64,000 nt of DNA, from positions 113,770,001-113,834,000 of the forward strand of contig OX597821.1 of assembly GCA_951406725.2 (NCBI GenBank), written 5' to 3'. Origin of the DNA: Octopus vulgaris. Lineage: Eukaryota. Of this stretch, positions 1 to 12,770 are shown piece after piece. Positions within the stretch are counted from its first letter, which is position 1, and each line of letters starts with the position of its first letter. Below the pieces are notes generated by a model. The model was not told where the DNA came from. It searched no databases and saw nothing but the letters and a program-made list of their open reading frames with translations. A program made the translations under genes and the position numbers.

Positions 1-461
1 ACCAAATGTATTTCAGCTTTACTGGAATCAAATGTTAAATGCTAAGCGATATACGAGAGTTTTAATTGCAATGAATCCCACATCCCATATGTACTCCATC
101 CAATTACAGTCTGTAATTAATTAGGTTTTTTTTATTGGAATTAGGAAATCATTGTAATAATTAAGACAAATTTTAAATGTCTTCGAATAGAAATAAATAA
201 ATTCACTCTATTAAAATTTTCACGGCAAAATATATTTAAGAACATTTAATCCATTTTAATTGATGATAAAATGATGGTTGCTCTAAGTGACATTTTAGGT
301 TTAATTGAAAGAATATATGTATATGTATATATATATGTATATATATATATATAACTTTTTTTGATAAGGTTCATTTCAGGAACTGAAACATGTTATAATG
401 TATATATAAAAATTAAAAATTGTATAATATAGCAGCATTTTCGAACTTCATTTTTTACAAT

Positions 462-504
<43 letters not shown>

Positions 505-572
505 TTATATCCTCTGTTGGTATAAAAACGAAATATATATGTATATTTATTTATATATTAATACACGCATAC

Positions 573-640
<68 letters not shown>

Positions 641-1228
641 ATATATGTATATGCATGTATATACATGTATATATGTATATATATGTGTGTGTGTGTGTGT
701 GTGTTTGTGTGTCTGTATTTCTCTCCTTCGTCACCGCTTGACAACCGATGTCGGTGTGCTTACGTCCCCGTAACTTAGAGGTTCGGCAAAAGAAACCGAT
801 AGAATAAGTACTAGGCTTACAAAGAATGAGTCCTACGGTCGATTTATTCGACTAGAGACGTTGCTCCAGCATGGCCCTCAATCAAAACTGGAACAAATAA
901 AAGAGTAAAAGAATACACAGATAACTGATAGAAACTGGATTGGTAAGATATTCTTTGTTTGAAATCACAACAATTGTTTCAGCACATTTTTACTCGCGTC
1001 ATACATTAGTGAAATGGTATTACTATAAAATGTGTCGAAACAATTTAAATAAAGAATTTCATTCAATACAGTTTCACTGATTTATCTATTTGTATAGTCT
1101 CTACGGATACAATGGAATTCCTGATGTCTGTCCAGTAGCAAAGGCATTTTCACTGTAACAGGTAGCCAATAGCTGTGGATGAGCTTTGCATAGCATACTA
1201 CAAGGTCTTTCACCCGAATCTGTGTAAC

Positions 1229-1291
<63 letters not shown>

Positions 1292-1591
1292 TTCTTTACT
1301 ACCCACAAGGTGCTAAACACAGAGAAGACAAACAAAGACAGACAAACGGATTAAGTCGATTACATTGACCCCAGTGTGTAACTGGTACTTAATTTATCGA
1401 CCCCCGAAAGGATGAAAGGCAAAGTCGACCTCGGCGGAATTTGAACTCAGAACGTAGCAGCAGACGAAATACTGCTAAGCATTTTGCCCCGGTTCGCAGC
1501 CTTAATAATAATAATAATGATAATAATAATAATAACGTTTCTGCCAGCTCGCCGCCTGTTTTATTTGACTGGTGTTTTATTAATCGTAGTA

Positions 1592-1648
<57 letters not shown>

Positions 1649-2275
1649 AGAGTGTTTTCCGTCATATGGAGGGTGAGTTTGGAAGTATACTTTTGGCCAC
1701 CATGGGTAATATCAGGAAATATGGCATACACACAATAACTGGAGTTTATGTTTTATCGCATTTCTCGCTGCTTATAAAAAATAATGAAATTAAATGGTAA
1801 TTTTCAAACGAAAAGTACTTATTACCTTAACCCCTCCCCCGTAACTACTCTGTCCTTTGCTTCTTCTCTTTCTCCCCCTCCTCTTCTGTCACTATAGTGT
1901 TTTCTCTCCCCTCATTCTGCACCTCTCATGTTAACTTTTTCCGTATCTCTCTTTTACGCTCTCTTCCCGTTTCCCTATACGATGTAAAGCGTAATAAGAG
2001 ATAACAGCCAATCTACCGACCAACCTATAGATACATCGGCTATTATTATATAGAGATAATATTATGATATAATTGAGGAAGGCGGGAGAATTTTGCATTT
2101 CAAGTAATTACCATTCTGCTATCCTCTGGCGGTATAAAATCACACGATAGCATTTTATGAAAAACTTTAGTTGATTATTCGGATATCCATCCATCCATCC
2201 ATCCATCCATCCATCCATCCATCCATCCACCCATCCCTATATATACATACATACATACATGCATACATATATGTA

Positions 2276-2328
<53 letters not shown>

Positions 2329-2330
2329 GC

Positions 2331-2379
<49 letters not shown>

Positions 2380-2463
2380 TACATACATACATATATATAT
2401 ATATAATATATATATATATATGTACATATACATATATATATAAATATATATATATATATGTAC

Positions 2464-2506
<43 letters not shown>

Positions 2507-2511
2507 CATAC

Positions 2512-2572
<61 letters not shown>

Positions 2573-2669
2573 CATACATATAAATAACATCTTTGTATGC
2601 CCTGTAAACTAGTTGTCATTTTTAATATATGACTTCGTGTTAAATTTGATAATATGAATATATAAATAT

Positions 2670-2700
<31 letters not shown>

Positions 2701-3693
2701 TCTAATTCTGTTATAATTTCGCTGAAAACTCACACACTTTTTTAATACGATGCTTTTGTCTAGTGTTTATTAAACGTCAATCAAAAAGGAAAACCGCGAA
2801 CTATAGCAGAATATCTCTCACCGTCAAATTTGTTCACACTAGTAATGTAAAAAAAAAAAGAAAAAAAAAAAAGAAAAGAAACGTAATATTTGATTAGAAA
2901 TTTGAATTAAATATCACTTCCGCTGTTTATATAAAGTTTTATAATTTTCAGTTCAGTTCTGTTACAAAAATGTTAATATTTGCATTAAAATTATATAATT
3001 AATCGAAAAATATAATTTATATTCGTGGAACATAAACAGAATATTTGAGCGAGATTTTCCAAGACAGATGTTTAATACTTTAGTATAAAACATTATATTA
3101 TAGACCACGAAATGTTTTACCGGACTGTTAAGGTTTAAATTTTGAATGGTGTTACCAAGTACATAATTGATCAGACTTCAACGAATCTGCTTGAGAATCT
3201 TATTGGTTTTCTTACGAGTTCCGGAATAGTTTAAACTAGAATCTAAGCGAGACAAAACTAAATTCTTCAGAAAATTCTTCACTGATGTTGTACAATTTTA
3301 AATGGTTTAAATTAGTCAGAAAATATTCTTTCTTTTTTTTTTCCTTGTGCTTGTTTCAGTTACTGGACTGCGACCATGCTGGAGTACCGCCGAAATTGGT
3401 TTTAGTCGTACAAATTAACCCAATACTTATTTGATGTCCGATTCTTATTCTATTGTTGTCTTTTGCCGAACTATTTAACTTACTGAAACATAATCAAACC
3501 AACACCGTTTGTCAACCAGTGATTGGGGAAAAACCGAGATTACAGCACTCCCAACTAATGTACATTATTTACATTATTTGCATTTGACAGATATTTGTCC
3601 TCATCTTGTTTGTTGTTAACACGTCTCGGCTGATATACCCTCCAGCCTTCATTATTATTATTATTATCATTATTATTATTATTATTATTATTA

Positions 3694-3724
<31 letters not shown>

Positions 3725-3725
<1 letters not shown>

Positions 3726-4354
3726 TTTTTTTTCTTTCTTCTTTCAAATTTGCTTCCATTTCTTGCCGAGTGTCTTCCCGACTCCTAGGGCAAAGAAACT
3801 CATAGTGTACATTGGTAGGCCATTAAACTAAACAATAGATCGTTCATCATTTTTTTTTTAAAGTTAAATTAAAATACATGAGCAGCAACAGTTCTCACAT
3901 CGACAATGCTCTTCTCAATACGTGTGATGTACCAGTTAAGACAATCTTTTGCACTTCTTGCAGGGATGGTAAGCCAGGGATCATTCTCATATAATTTTCG
4001 GTTCCCTTCTTGATCATTCCTAGTGCTCCTACGATCACTGGTATTGTAACCGCCTTGAGATGCCACATTTTCTCAATTTCAATGAGTAGGTCTTTATATT
4101 TTCTGAGCTTGTCAAACTCTTTCGCTGAGATATTATGATCACAGGGGATGCTCATGTCGATCAATAAGCAAACTTTATTGTTTTGGTCTTTCACAACAAT
4201 ATCTGGTTTATTGGCCTTGATGGTTCGGTTTGTATGTACTGGAAAGTCCCACAGAATGGTTACATTTTCTCCTTCAGTTACAGCCTCAGGGTGGTGATTA
4301 TACCACTTGTCGGCAGTTTTGATATTGTAATGCCGACTTATTAGCCAGTGGAGC
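3725..4354 (-). mobile_element. R4/Dong-type RLE LINE 3' fragment
   Basis: LWDF..T..TIKANKPDIVV, IDMSIP, K..KYKDL, P.IVGALG and QKIVL.GT..VLR motifs; flanked by (TAA)n. Confidence 0.85.
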
Positions 4355-4356
4355 TA

Positions 4357-4426
<70 letters not shown>

Positions 4427-4428
<2 letters not shown>

Positions 4429-5418
4429 TAGTTTTATTTTTATAACGTGCTTTCACTTCACTACCGTGCGCAGCTCTGTGTGCCTTGGGTATGTGCTGTG
4501 ATTTGTTGTGATGCTCTGATGGTTATTGTATGGAAAGTGTTCTGCGTAGGATGTGTGCAGTGACTAGTAGTGCAAATTTCTGTATGTTATATATATTTGT
4601 AAGTCCTGGTGTTTTTGTTATGTATTTGTCTGAATATTTTTTTATAATTAATGCGCCTACTATGATAAGAATTGTTTCTGTTTTTAGATTCCACATTCGA
4701 GTTACCTCTATTTCCAGGTCTTTGTATTTTGAAAGTTTCTCCATTTCTTTTAGAGAAACGTTGTCATTTGCTGGTATTGATACATCAATTAGAAAGCATT
4801 TTTTTCTTTCATGATCTCTGACAACTAGATCTGACATATTGGCCTTAATTTCTCTATCTGTGTGTATTGGTATATCCCAGAGTATGGTTGCTTTCTCGTT
4901 TTCTGTGACATTTTCTGGTGTGTGCCTACACCATCTTTTTTCTGTTGTTATTCCATAGTGTTGGCATAGCTTCCAGTGTATGTAGGTCCCAACTCTATCG
5001 TGTCTGTGAATATATTCCTTCTTAGCCAGGACTGGGCAGCCACAGATAATATGATTTATTGTTTCTTGTCCATCTCCACATATTCTGCAGTTACTTGTTA
5101 TGTTTCTTTTCATTATATGTTTTTGGTAATTTCTGGTGGGGAGGCTTTGGTCTTGTGCTGCAGTTAAAAATCCCTCCGTCTCTGCTTTGAGTCCTGAGCT
5201 TCTCAACCATTGCTGGGATTTTTCTCTGTCTATTTCTTTTGCATTTAGTTTAGTCCAATATTTTCCATGAAGGGGCTTTTCTTCTTCTTCTTCTTCTTCT
5301 TCTTCTTCTTCTTCTTCTTCTTCTTCTTCTTCTTCTTCATATTTGTTAGGTAGTATGATTTATTGTTTGTATTTGTCAGCTTCCTTAAATACTGAGATCA
5401 GTTTTTATTTTTCTCGCT
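4427..5418 (-). mobile_element. R4/Dong-type RLE LINE 3' fragment (ORF 4523..5206)
   Basis: CCHC knuckle CRICG...ETINHIICGC, RHD motif, IDVSIP, K..KYKDL; flanked by (TAA)n and interrupted by (GAA)n. Confidence 0.9.
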
Positions 5419-5516
5419 ATTATTATTATTATTATTATTATCACTGACTGGAATCGAACTCGGAATCTTGGGGTTAGTAGCCCGCGCTCTTAACCACTAC
5501 GCCATATACCCTTGGC

Positions 5517-5574
<58 letters not shown>

Positions 5575-5621
5575 TGCAAAAATACCTTAGGAACGAGAAC
5601 CCAGGTTCGAAATTTCGCCAA

Positions 5622-5667
5622 GACACCTGATGAAGGCTGGGGGGTATATCAGCCGAAACGTTGTGTT
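5622..5667 (+). ncRNA. Minimal type I hammerhead ribozyme motif
   Basis: GACAC-CUGAUGA-A-GGCUG[loop]CAGCC-GAAAC-GUU-GUGUU: stems I and II pair, palindromic AACGUU replaces stem III. Confidence 0.75.
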
Positions 5668-7269
5668 AACAAGAAACAAGATGAGGACAAATATCCGTCA
5701 AATGTAAATAATGTAAATAATATACATAATTCCTCATCTCTTAAGTATAGAACTGAGCTTCCAACTAAATTAAACACTTCTTCTGAATTGGACGCCAGTG
5801 CTTTGTAGGGTTAACTTCCCAGCCATTGCTGGAGCACATTTTAAAGCTGAGTTGACTGGAGCAACGTGAAATGAAGTACTTTGCACCTCCCTGTCCGGGA
5901 AACAAAGAAAAGATCTGACGATTGTCAGCGTAACACCCTAACCACAAGGACACACGCTTTCTTATTGTTCACTAAAATAAATAAATACGTTACGAGATGT
6001 GATGTTTGATATGAAGTATTTGACAGAATTGTTCATGTTTAGTCTGTCTTGCTGTTTTTGTCGGAAGATAACGAACAGTTAAGACTCCGCTGACTGGAAT
6101 GTTAACTGTTATCTACCGACATTTTCTCTCATCTACTTAATTTATTTATCTAAAGAAAGAAACAAAGAAATAAGGAAACTATTATCTGTCATCTGCTGCT
6201 AGGAAACGAAGACATAAGTATGAAACAGTATACAATGACTGATTTAAAAATTTAAACAAATATAGATTTTATTAAAGTTGTAAACATGTCTTACAATGGT
6301 GAAAGGAATTTCTCTGTGCAGACAGTTTTATAAAATAAAGGAACTTTTTCTTTTTTTTTCTTACTAACTTTTCGTAATCGGTTGTGGTTATGTTGAAGTA
6401 CCGCCTTTATGAGTATAGCCGAATATATCGACGCAGTAACTCATTGAGTTATGTTTTACGATGAATTATATCATCTGAAATCGACATGGGTGGGATTTTA
6501 GACTAACGAACGATATCTATATTAAGCAAATATAACTGCGTATCGAAAATAAATTTGTATAATTCTGAGAAAATATTGCTCCTGTTAGCTTTCACACCAG
6601 GGAGGCTTTATTCCTCGTAATTTCACAAATATTTAGAACTGAAAATACTATAACAATTTTCTGCTATTAATATTAATGTAAAAGATTCATGCTTGATAAA
6701 CTAGGAGCTAACAAAGCGTATCAATATGTGTATAAACGTTAAGTATGGTACACAGATGACTATTTTCATTTAATAGTTTCAAACGCTTAAACCGAGTATT
6801 ATTCAACCCGGAAAGCTTTTCGTAATATCAGTAAATGTATTATTTCCAGTTTTCTACTTGTAAGGGAGAACGAATTTCGTCTGAGCAAGAGGCGACTGAG
6901 TATACGTCATTGACGAGATAGTTTAAACGGATAAAAAAAATGCAAGTTTGTTTCTTTTTATGTAGAACAGAGTAAACCAAAGGAAAAAAACCCCTCAATT
7001 CTGTTTTAGTGAGGAGGTAAAAAAAAAAGCAAAAACGAAATTGAATTAATTATTCCTAGCCGAGAAAATTAATTCAAGAATTGAAAATAAACAACAAATA
7101 AATGGAGTTTAAACACTGCAGACTGTGTGCGAATTATGAAAATGCTTCGTCGGCAAGTTTAAAATAATAAGTGGATGACCTTACAAAGGGAAATGCTAAC
7201 GTTGCTGTTTGGAGAACCCCAAGACAATGGTTTGTTGAGAAGCACTAGGATTGATAATAACACTATATA

Positions 7270-7301
<32 letters not shown>

Positions 7302-7770
7302 GTTATACATATAATTATGTGCGCGCACACATACAAGCACACATATATTTATATATATGTGTGTATGTAAACAACTGTGGAGCTTCAATAAATTATAAAT
7401 GTTAAATTAAGAGAGAAGGAGGTGAATAGAATTAAGTTATGGTGAGGTGGTGGGGATGGTGGTTGATGGAAGATTGGGATGACAAAAAAAATAGATATAA
7501 ACGTGTAGATGAGATTGTATGAAGAAATGAGTTGGGGGAAAAAAAGGAAATAAAAACCCCAAAGGCGAAAAGAAAATAATGCGTGTGTGTATGTGTGCGA
7601 GGTTATGCGTGTGTGTATGTGTGCGACGTTATGCGTGTGTGTTCGTGTGTGTGTGTGTGTTTGTTTGGGTGTATTTTTATGTGTATGTGTGTGAGTATTA
7701 TTACACAGCAATTTTTAATCTAGAAACAAAAATATGAAAATGGCGATAACAGGAGCAAAAAAGAGGAAGA

Positions 7771-7827
<57 letters not shown>

Positions 7828-8757
7828 AATAGAAAGGAGGTGTGTAACAGATTGACTCGTACAGTATTATGAAGAACTGAAGATAGATATAAACCAGGAA
7901 AGAATTTTTGGTGAAACAAGGACACGAGGAAAAAAAACAAAATAAAACAAAACAGAAAGAATAAATAAATAAATATAAACAAATAAACAAATCTCGACAA
8001 AACACATAACTTGAGGGGAAAATATAGCACCATATGTTAATACAATTTTTCAGATTCGTTCTTTAATTATCTGCTAAAATTAACATCAAAACAGGTGCTC
8101 TGTCATATTTCACCGTTTATAGTCACAGTAAATGTTTTTATTCATTCAGACTTTGGTATCAGCGAATACTGGGTGTTTGGAATCGCCTGATAACATTCTT
8201 AGCAATACCGTCTGTTGATTCCCGCCCACTTCGTTAGATTGCTTTTTTAAAAAAAATTTTAAATGGAATTTAACACACGAAGGTAAAGAACGAGAGTTCC
8301 TATCAATACAAGGAAGACCAAGACAGTGAGCTGGCAGAACCGTTAGCACGCCGGACGAAATGCTCAGCAGTATTTCGTACGACTTTACGTTCTGAATGCA
8401 AATTCTATCTAGGTCGACTTTGCCTTTCATCTTTTCGGGGTCGATAAATGAAGTACCAGATAAACACTGGGGTCAATGTAATTGACTAATTTCCTCTCCC
8501 GAAATTCTTGGCTTTATGTCAAAATTGGAAGCCAATTTAAAAAAAAAACATCCTGACTAATATTTTATTCTTTTACACTTTTGCTTGTTTCAGTCAGTTG
8601 ACTGTGGCCATGCTGGAGCACCGCCTTTTAGTCGAAGAAATCGTCCCCTGGACTTATTCTTAGTAAACCTGGTGCTTAATCTATCGTAAGCACACCTACA
8701 TCGGTTGTCAAGCGATTGTGGTGGGGGAAAACACTGACACAGACACACACACACACA

Positions 8758-8796
<39 letters not shown>

Positions 8797-8964
8797 AGTT
8801 ATTAAGTTTGAAAACAGAGAGATCTAATGGATACAAATTAATATATTAAGTAATCAACATATCCACCTACAATTGTTTAATTTCATTAACAAAATTAAAA
8901 CTGCAAAACACAAATATATGATTTTGCATTTTAAAGTATATAAGAGGTCTAAATACCCCCATTG

Positions 8965-9052
<88 letters not shown>

Positions 9053-9206
9053 TGTATATATATCTTCAACGCGCTTCCACACAGTTTCCGTCTACCGAAT
9101 CCATTCACAAAGTCATGGCCAGCCCGGGATTATAGTAGAACATGCCCAAGGTGCCTCGCAGTGGAGTTGAATCAGAAACCACGTGATTACAAAGGGACCT
9201 CCTTAA

Positions 9207-9258
<52 letters not shown>

Positions 9259-9428
9259 GTCTACCTGTGGTGGCTGTTATTACCATCTCGATGATGCGTA
9301 AAGATCGCATGGACCACAATAAACTATGAGGATTAGAATACAGCTCTATTTTCAAGAGATCAGGAATTATTTACATTATTTACATTATTTATATTTGACG
9401 GATATTTGTCCTCATCTTGTTTGTTGCT

Positions 9429-9474
9429 AACACAACATTTCGGCTGATATACCCTCCAGCCTTCATCAGGTGTT
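9429..9474 (-). ncRNA. Minimal hammerhead motif (GAAAU variant)
   Basis: AACAC-CUGAUGA-A-GGCUG...CAGCC-GAAAU-GUU-GUGUU. Confidence 0.65.
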
Positions 9475-9517
9475 TTGGGGAACCTGGGTTCCCATTCCAA
9501 AGGTATTTTTCGATGTC

Positions 9518-9555
<38 letters not shown>

Positions 9556-9569
9556 TATTATTATTATTG

Positions 9570-10113
9570 CCTTTGCACAGCTTCTAACGCTGGAGATGTA
9601 CTGTGGTGTCAGTTGTTCACCACCAGTGAGCTAAAGTAACACCTCTTATTTTTCGTGCACCTTCCGGAGTATTCGAGTGGTTCCAAGCAGTGAAAGCGCT
9701 CCACCTTTATTGCAACCCCTATTTATCCCACGTACTTCTCGAGGTTTTTGCCCACTGTTCCCAGGCTCCGACAATTATTGGTATCACTGCTACCTTTTTC
9801 ATCGACCACAACTGCTTAACTTCCCAAGCTATCATATCTCTCAACTTCTCTCTCTTCCTTATCCCATTACTTGTTGTCAGCTGCACATGCTATATCTATG
9901 ATCCAGCATAGTTTGTTTTCTTTCTCAATTAAGACTATGTCTGGTTTCATATTCTCTATTTCATGGTCGCACTGAATCATCGCACTGAATCATAAAATCC
10001 CATAGGATCTTTACATGTTTATTTCCGACGATGACTTCGGGTTTGTGGTCGTACCAATTTTTTGCTCGGTCAAGTCCATACTTGTTGCAAAGTGTCCAAT
10101 GGTCAAGCCTGGC
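9570..10113 (-). mobile_element. Degenerate Dong-type RLE LINE 3' fragment
   Basis: HW.LC.KYG...WY.HKPE...KILWDF and terminal LLGTTRILRKV; between (TAA)n tracts. Confidence 0.8.
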
Positions 10114-10146
<33 letters not shown>

Positions 10147-10270
10147 CATTATTATTATTATTATTATTGTTATTATTATTAATCAGGTCACTGCTTGAAA
10201 TCGAACTCGGAATCTTGGAGGTTAGTAGCCCGCGCTCTTAACCTCTAAGCCATTAGCCCGTGGGAATGAG

Positions 10271-10316
10271 AACTCCTGATGAAGGCTGGAGGTTATATTA
10301 GCCGAAACGTTGTGTT
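10271..10316 (+). ncRNA. Minimal hammerhead motif
   Basis: AACUC-CUGAUGA-A-GGCUG...UAGCC-GAAAC-GUU-GUGUU. Confidence 0.68.
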
Positions 10317-10678
10317 AACAACAAACAAGATGAGGGCAAATATCCGTCAAATGTAAATAATGTAAATAGGAAGTTTATGTTACGTCCCTTAAAAACGTGC
10401 CTCTTTTTACACAGAACTGAAAAGGGACACGCTCTATCATTAAAAGTGACCATGGAAAAAGTTGTTTGTTTGTCGAATGCAAGAAATACACTAATTATTT
10501 CAGCTCTTCGCTTTCTGAGTTCACATCCTGCTAAGATCGATTTTAACGGTCATCCTTTTGAAATCGATAAATAAAATAATGCAATCAGTAGTTCTCTCTC
10601 TCTCTCTCTCTCTCTCCCTCTCTAGCTATCTATCTATACTCTATCTAACTATCTGTCTATATAAACCCAAAACCCACC

Positions 10679-10709
<31 letters not shown>

Positions 10710-10763
10710 TGTATGTATGTATGTATCTATCTATCTATCTATCTATGTATCTATCTATGTATC

Positions 10764-10852
<89 letters not shown>

Positions 10853-11087
10853 GCCTGTCTGTCCGTCTGTCTGTCACACTCTCTGTCACCCAAGCTTGAC
10901 AAGGCCGTACCGTAAGAGGATGGTGAAAGACTACTGATTGTAACCTTGCCTCCAAAAAGTAGTAAAAGCTAGAGCAGGAGCTAACAACTTGTTTTTATCT
11001 AAAAATACAAAAAAAATCCATAAAGAAAAAAAACAAAACACTAGTGAAGGTGAACCCCGATCAAACGATATACTTGTCGGAGAAAAA

Positions 11088-12770
11088 GGCGACGAGCTGG
11101 CAGAAACGTTAGCACGACGGGCCAAATGCTTAGCGGTATTTCGTCTGTCGTTACGTTCTGAGTTCAAATTCCGCCGAGGTCGACTTTGCCATTCATCCTT
11201 TCGGGGTCGATAAATTAAGTACCAGTTATGCACTGGGGTAGATGTAATCGACTTAATCCGTTTGTCTGTCTTTGTTTGTCTCCTCTGTGTTTAGCCCCTT
11301 GTGGGTAGTAAAGAAATAGGTATTTCGTCTGTCGTTACGTTCTGAGTTCCAATTCCGCCGTGGTCGACTTTGACTTTCATCCTTACGTCCTCGATAAATT
11401 AAGTACCAGTTTCGCACTGGGCCGATGTAATCGTCTTAATCCCTTTGTCCGTCCTTGTTTGTCCCCTCTATGTTATCCCCTTGTGGGTAATATTGTAGGA
11501 GATGGAACAGTTTGTTTCTTAAAAAAGGAACGCGTTGGGTGACGTTTAAATTAATTAACTGGTTGTTGATGTTTAATCAGTTTATCCAACTCGATCGAAC
11601 ACAGCTATAATCAGCGACACTGAAGGCGCGTTCAACCAGGTTTTAAGAGTATGTTTCGCTGTGATATCGATCATGTCCTTCCTTATTTTAAGATTAAAAA
11701 ATGCCGAGATTTGAGATTTGCTTTCCTTTTTTTTGGTTATTTCTAGCAAGTCAAGCGACTACAAAGAAGTTCTTTCGTAGGCTTGTAAATTCAAATGCTT
11801 AATTTATCGACCCCGAAAGGATGAAAGGCAAAGTCGACCTCGGCGGAATTTGAACTCAGTATGTAAAGACAGACGAAATACCGCTAAGCATTTCGTCCGG
11901 CGTGCTAGCGTTTCTGCTACCTCGCTGCCTTGGTTTCAAATATTGACACAAAATCAGCAGCTTTAAGGGGAGGTTTTAGTCGGCTACATTGCCACCAGTA
12001 TTTGCTGGTACTTAGTTTGTCGACCCCGAACGAATGATAGGAAAAGTTGATCTCGGCGATATATGAATTCAGAACAGAAATGTCACGAAGCATTTTGTCC
12101 GGCATGGTAACGAATCTGTCAGTTCGCCATTTTATTTGTTTTTTCAAATGTTGACACAAAGTCAATAATTTTAAAGGGGTTAGTCGATCACATCAATTGC
12201 AGCACCTAACTGGCACTATATCTTATCGACCCAGAGGGGAGAAAGGCTAAGTTCACCTCATCGGGATTTGAACTCAGAACATAAAGAGCCTGAAGAAAAA
12301 CTGCAAAAAAAAAGCATTCTTTCCGACGTTCTACCCAGTCTTCCAGCTCACCGTATTCAGATGTGTAATAATTGATAATTTGCATATTTAAAGGCGGCGA
12401 GCTGGCAGAAACGTTAGCACGCCGGGAAAAATGCTTAGTGGTGTATTTCGTCTGTCTTTATGTTCTGAGTTCAAATTCCGCCGAGGTCGACTTTGCCTTT
12501 CATCCTTTCGTGGTCGGTTAAATAAGTACGATGTAATCGACTTAATCCGTTTGTCTGTCCTTGTTTGTCCCCTCTGTGTTTAGCCTCTTGTTGGCAGTAA
12601 AGAAATAGGTATTTCGTCTATCTTTACGTTCTGAGTTCCAATTCTGCCGCGGTCGACTTTGCCTTTCATCCTTACGGGGTTGATAAATTAAGTGCCAGTT
12701 GCGTACTGGAGTCGATCTAATCGACTATCCCCTCCCCCAAAATTTCAGGCTTTGTGCATATAGTAGAAAA
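11088..12770. mobile_element. Cluster of SINE family A copies: plus dimers at 11088-11490 and 12393-12770, minus copies between
   Basis: ggcg(a/g)cgagctggcagaaacgttagc head and gagttcaaattcc B box; other monomers at about 1290-1555, 8325-8520, 25785-26017, 32940-33095 and 45660-45855. Confidence 0.85.

Larger units (their letters stand above)
3558..5755. mobile_element. Inverted-pair HHR-SINE locus 1 (left arm minus, right arm plus), with two nested Dong LINE fragments in its (TAA)n
   Basis: 3558-3651 is the reverse complement of part of 5573-5755; tRNA-like head at 5441-5510; CCAACTAA at both flanks (3551-3558, 5761-5768). Confidence 0.7.
9341..10368. mobile_element. Inverted-pair HHR-SINE locus 2, with a nested Dong fragment
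   Basis: Minus arm 9341-9517, (TAA/TTA)n, Dong insert, tRNA-like head 10184-10260, plus arm 10262-10368. Confidence 0.72.

Noticed and set aside
420-2733. Long ORFs rich in IY/YI, TH, VC and LSIY here and throughout the window
   Set aside because: Translations of (TA)n, (CA)n, (TATC)n and (TACA)n microsatellites, which lack stop codons
5441-5510. tRNA gene
   Set aside because: A and B boxes are present but there is no complete acceptor stem; a diverged copy at 10184-10260 indicates a SINE head
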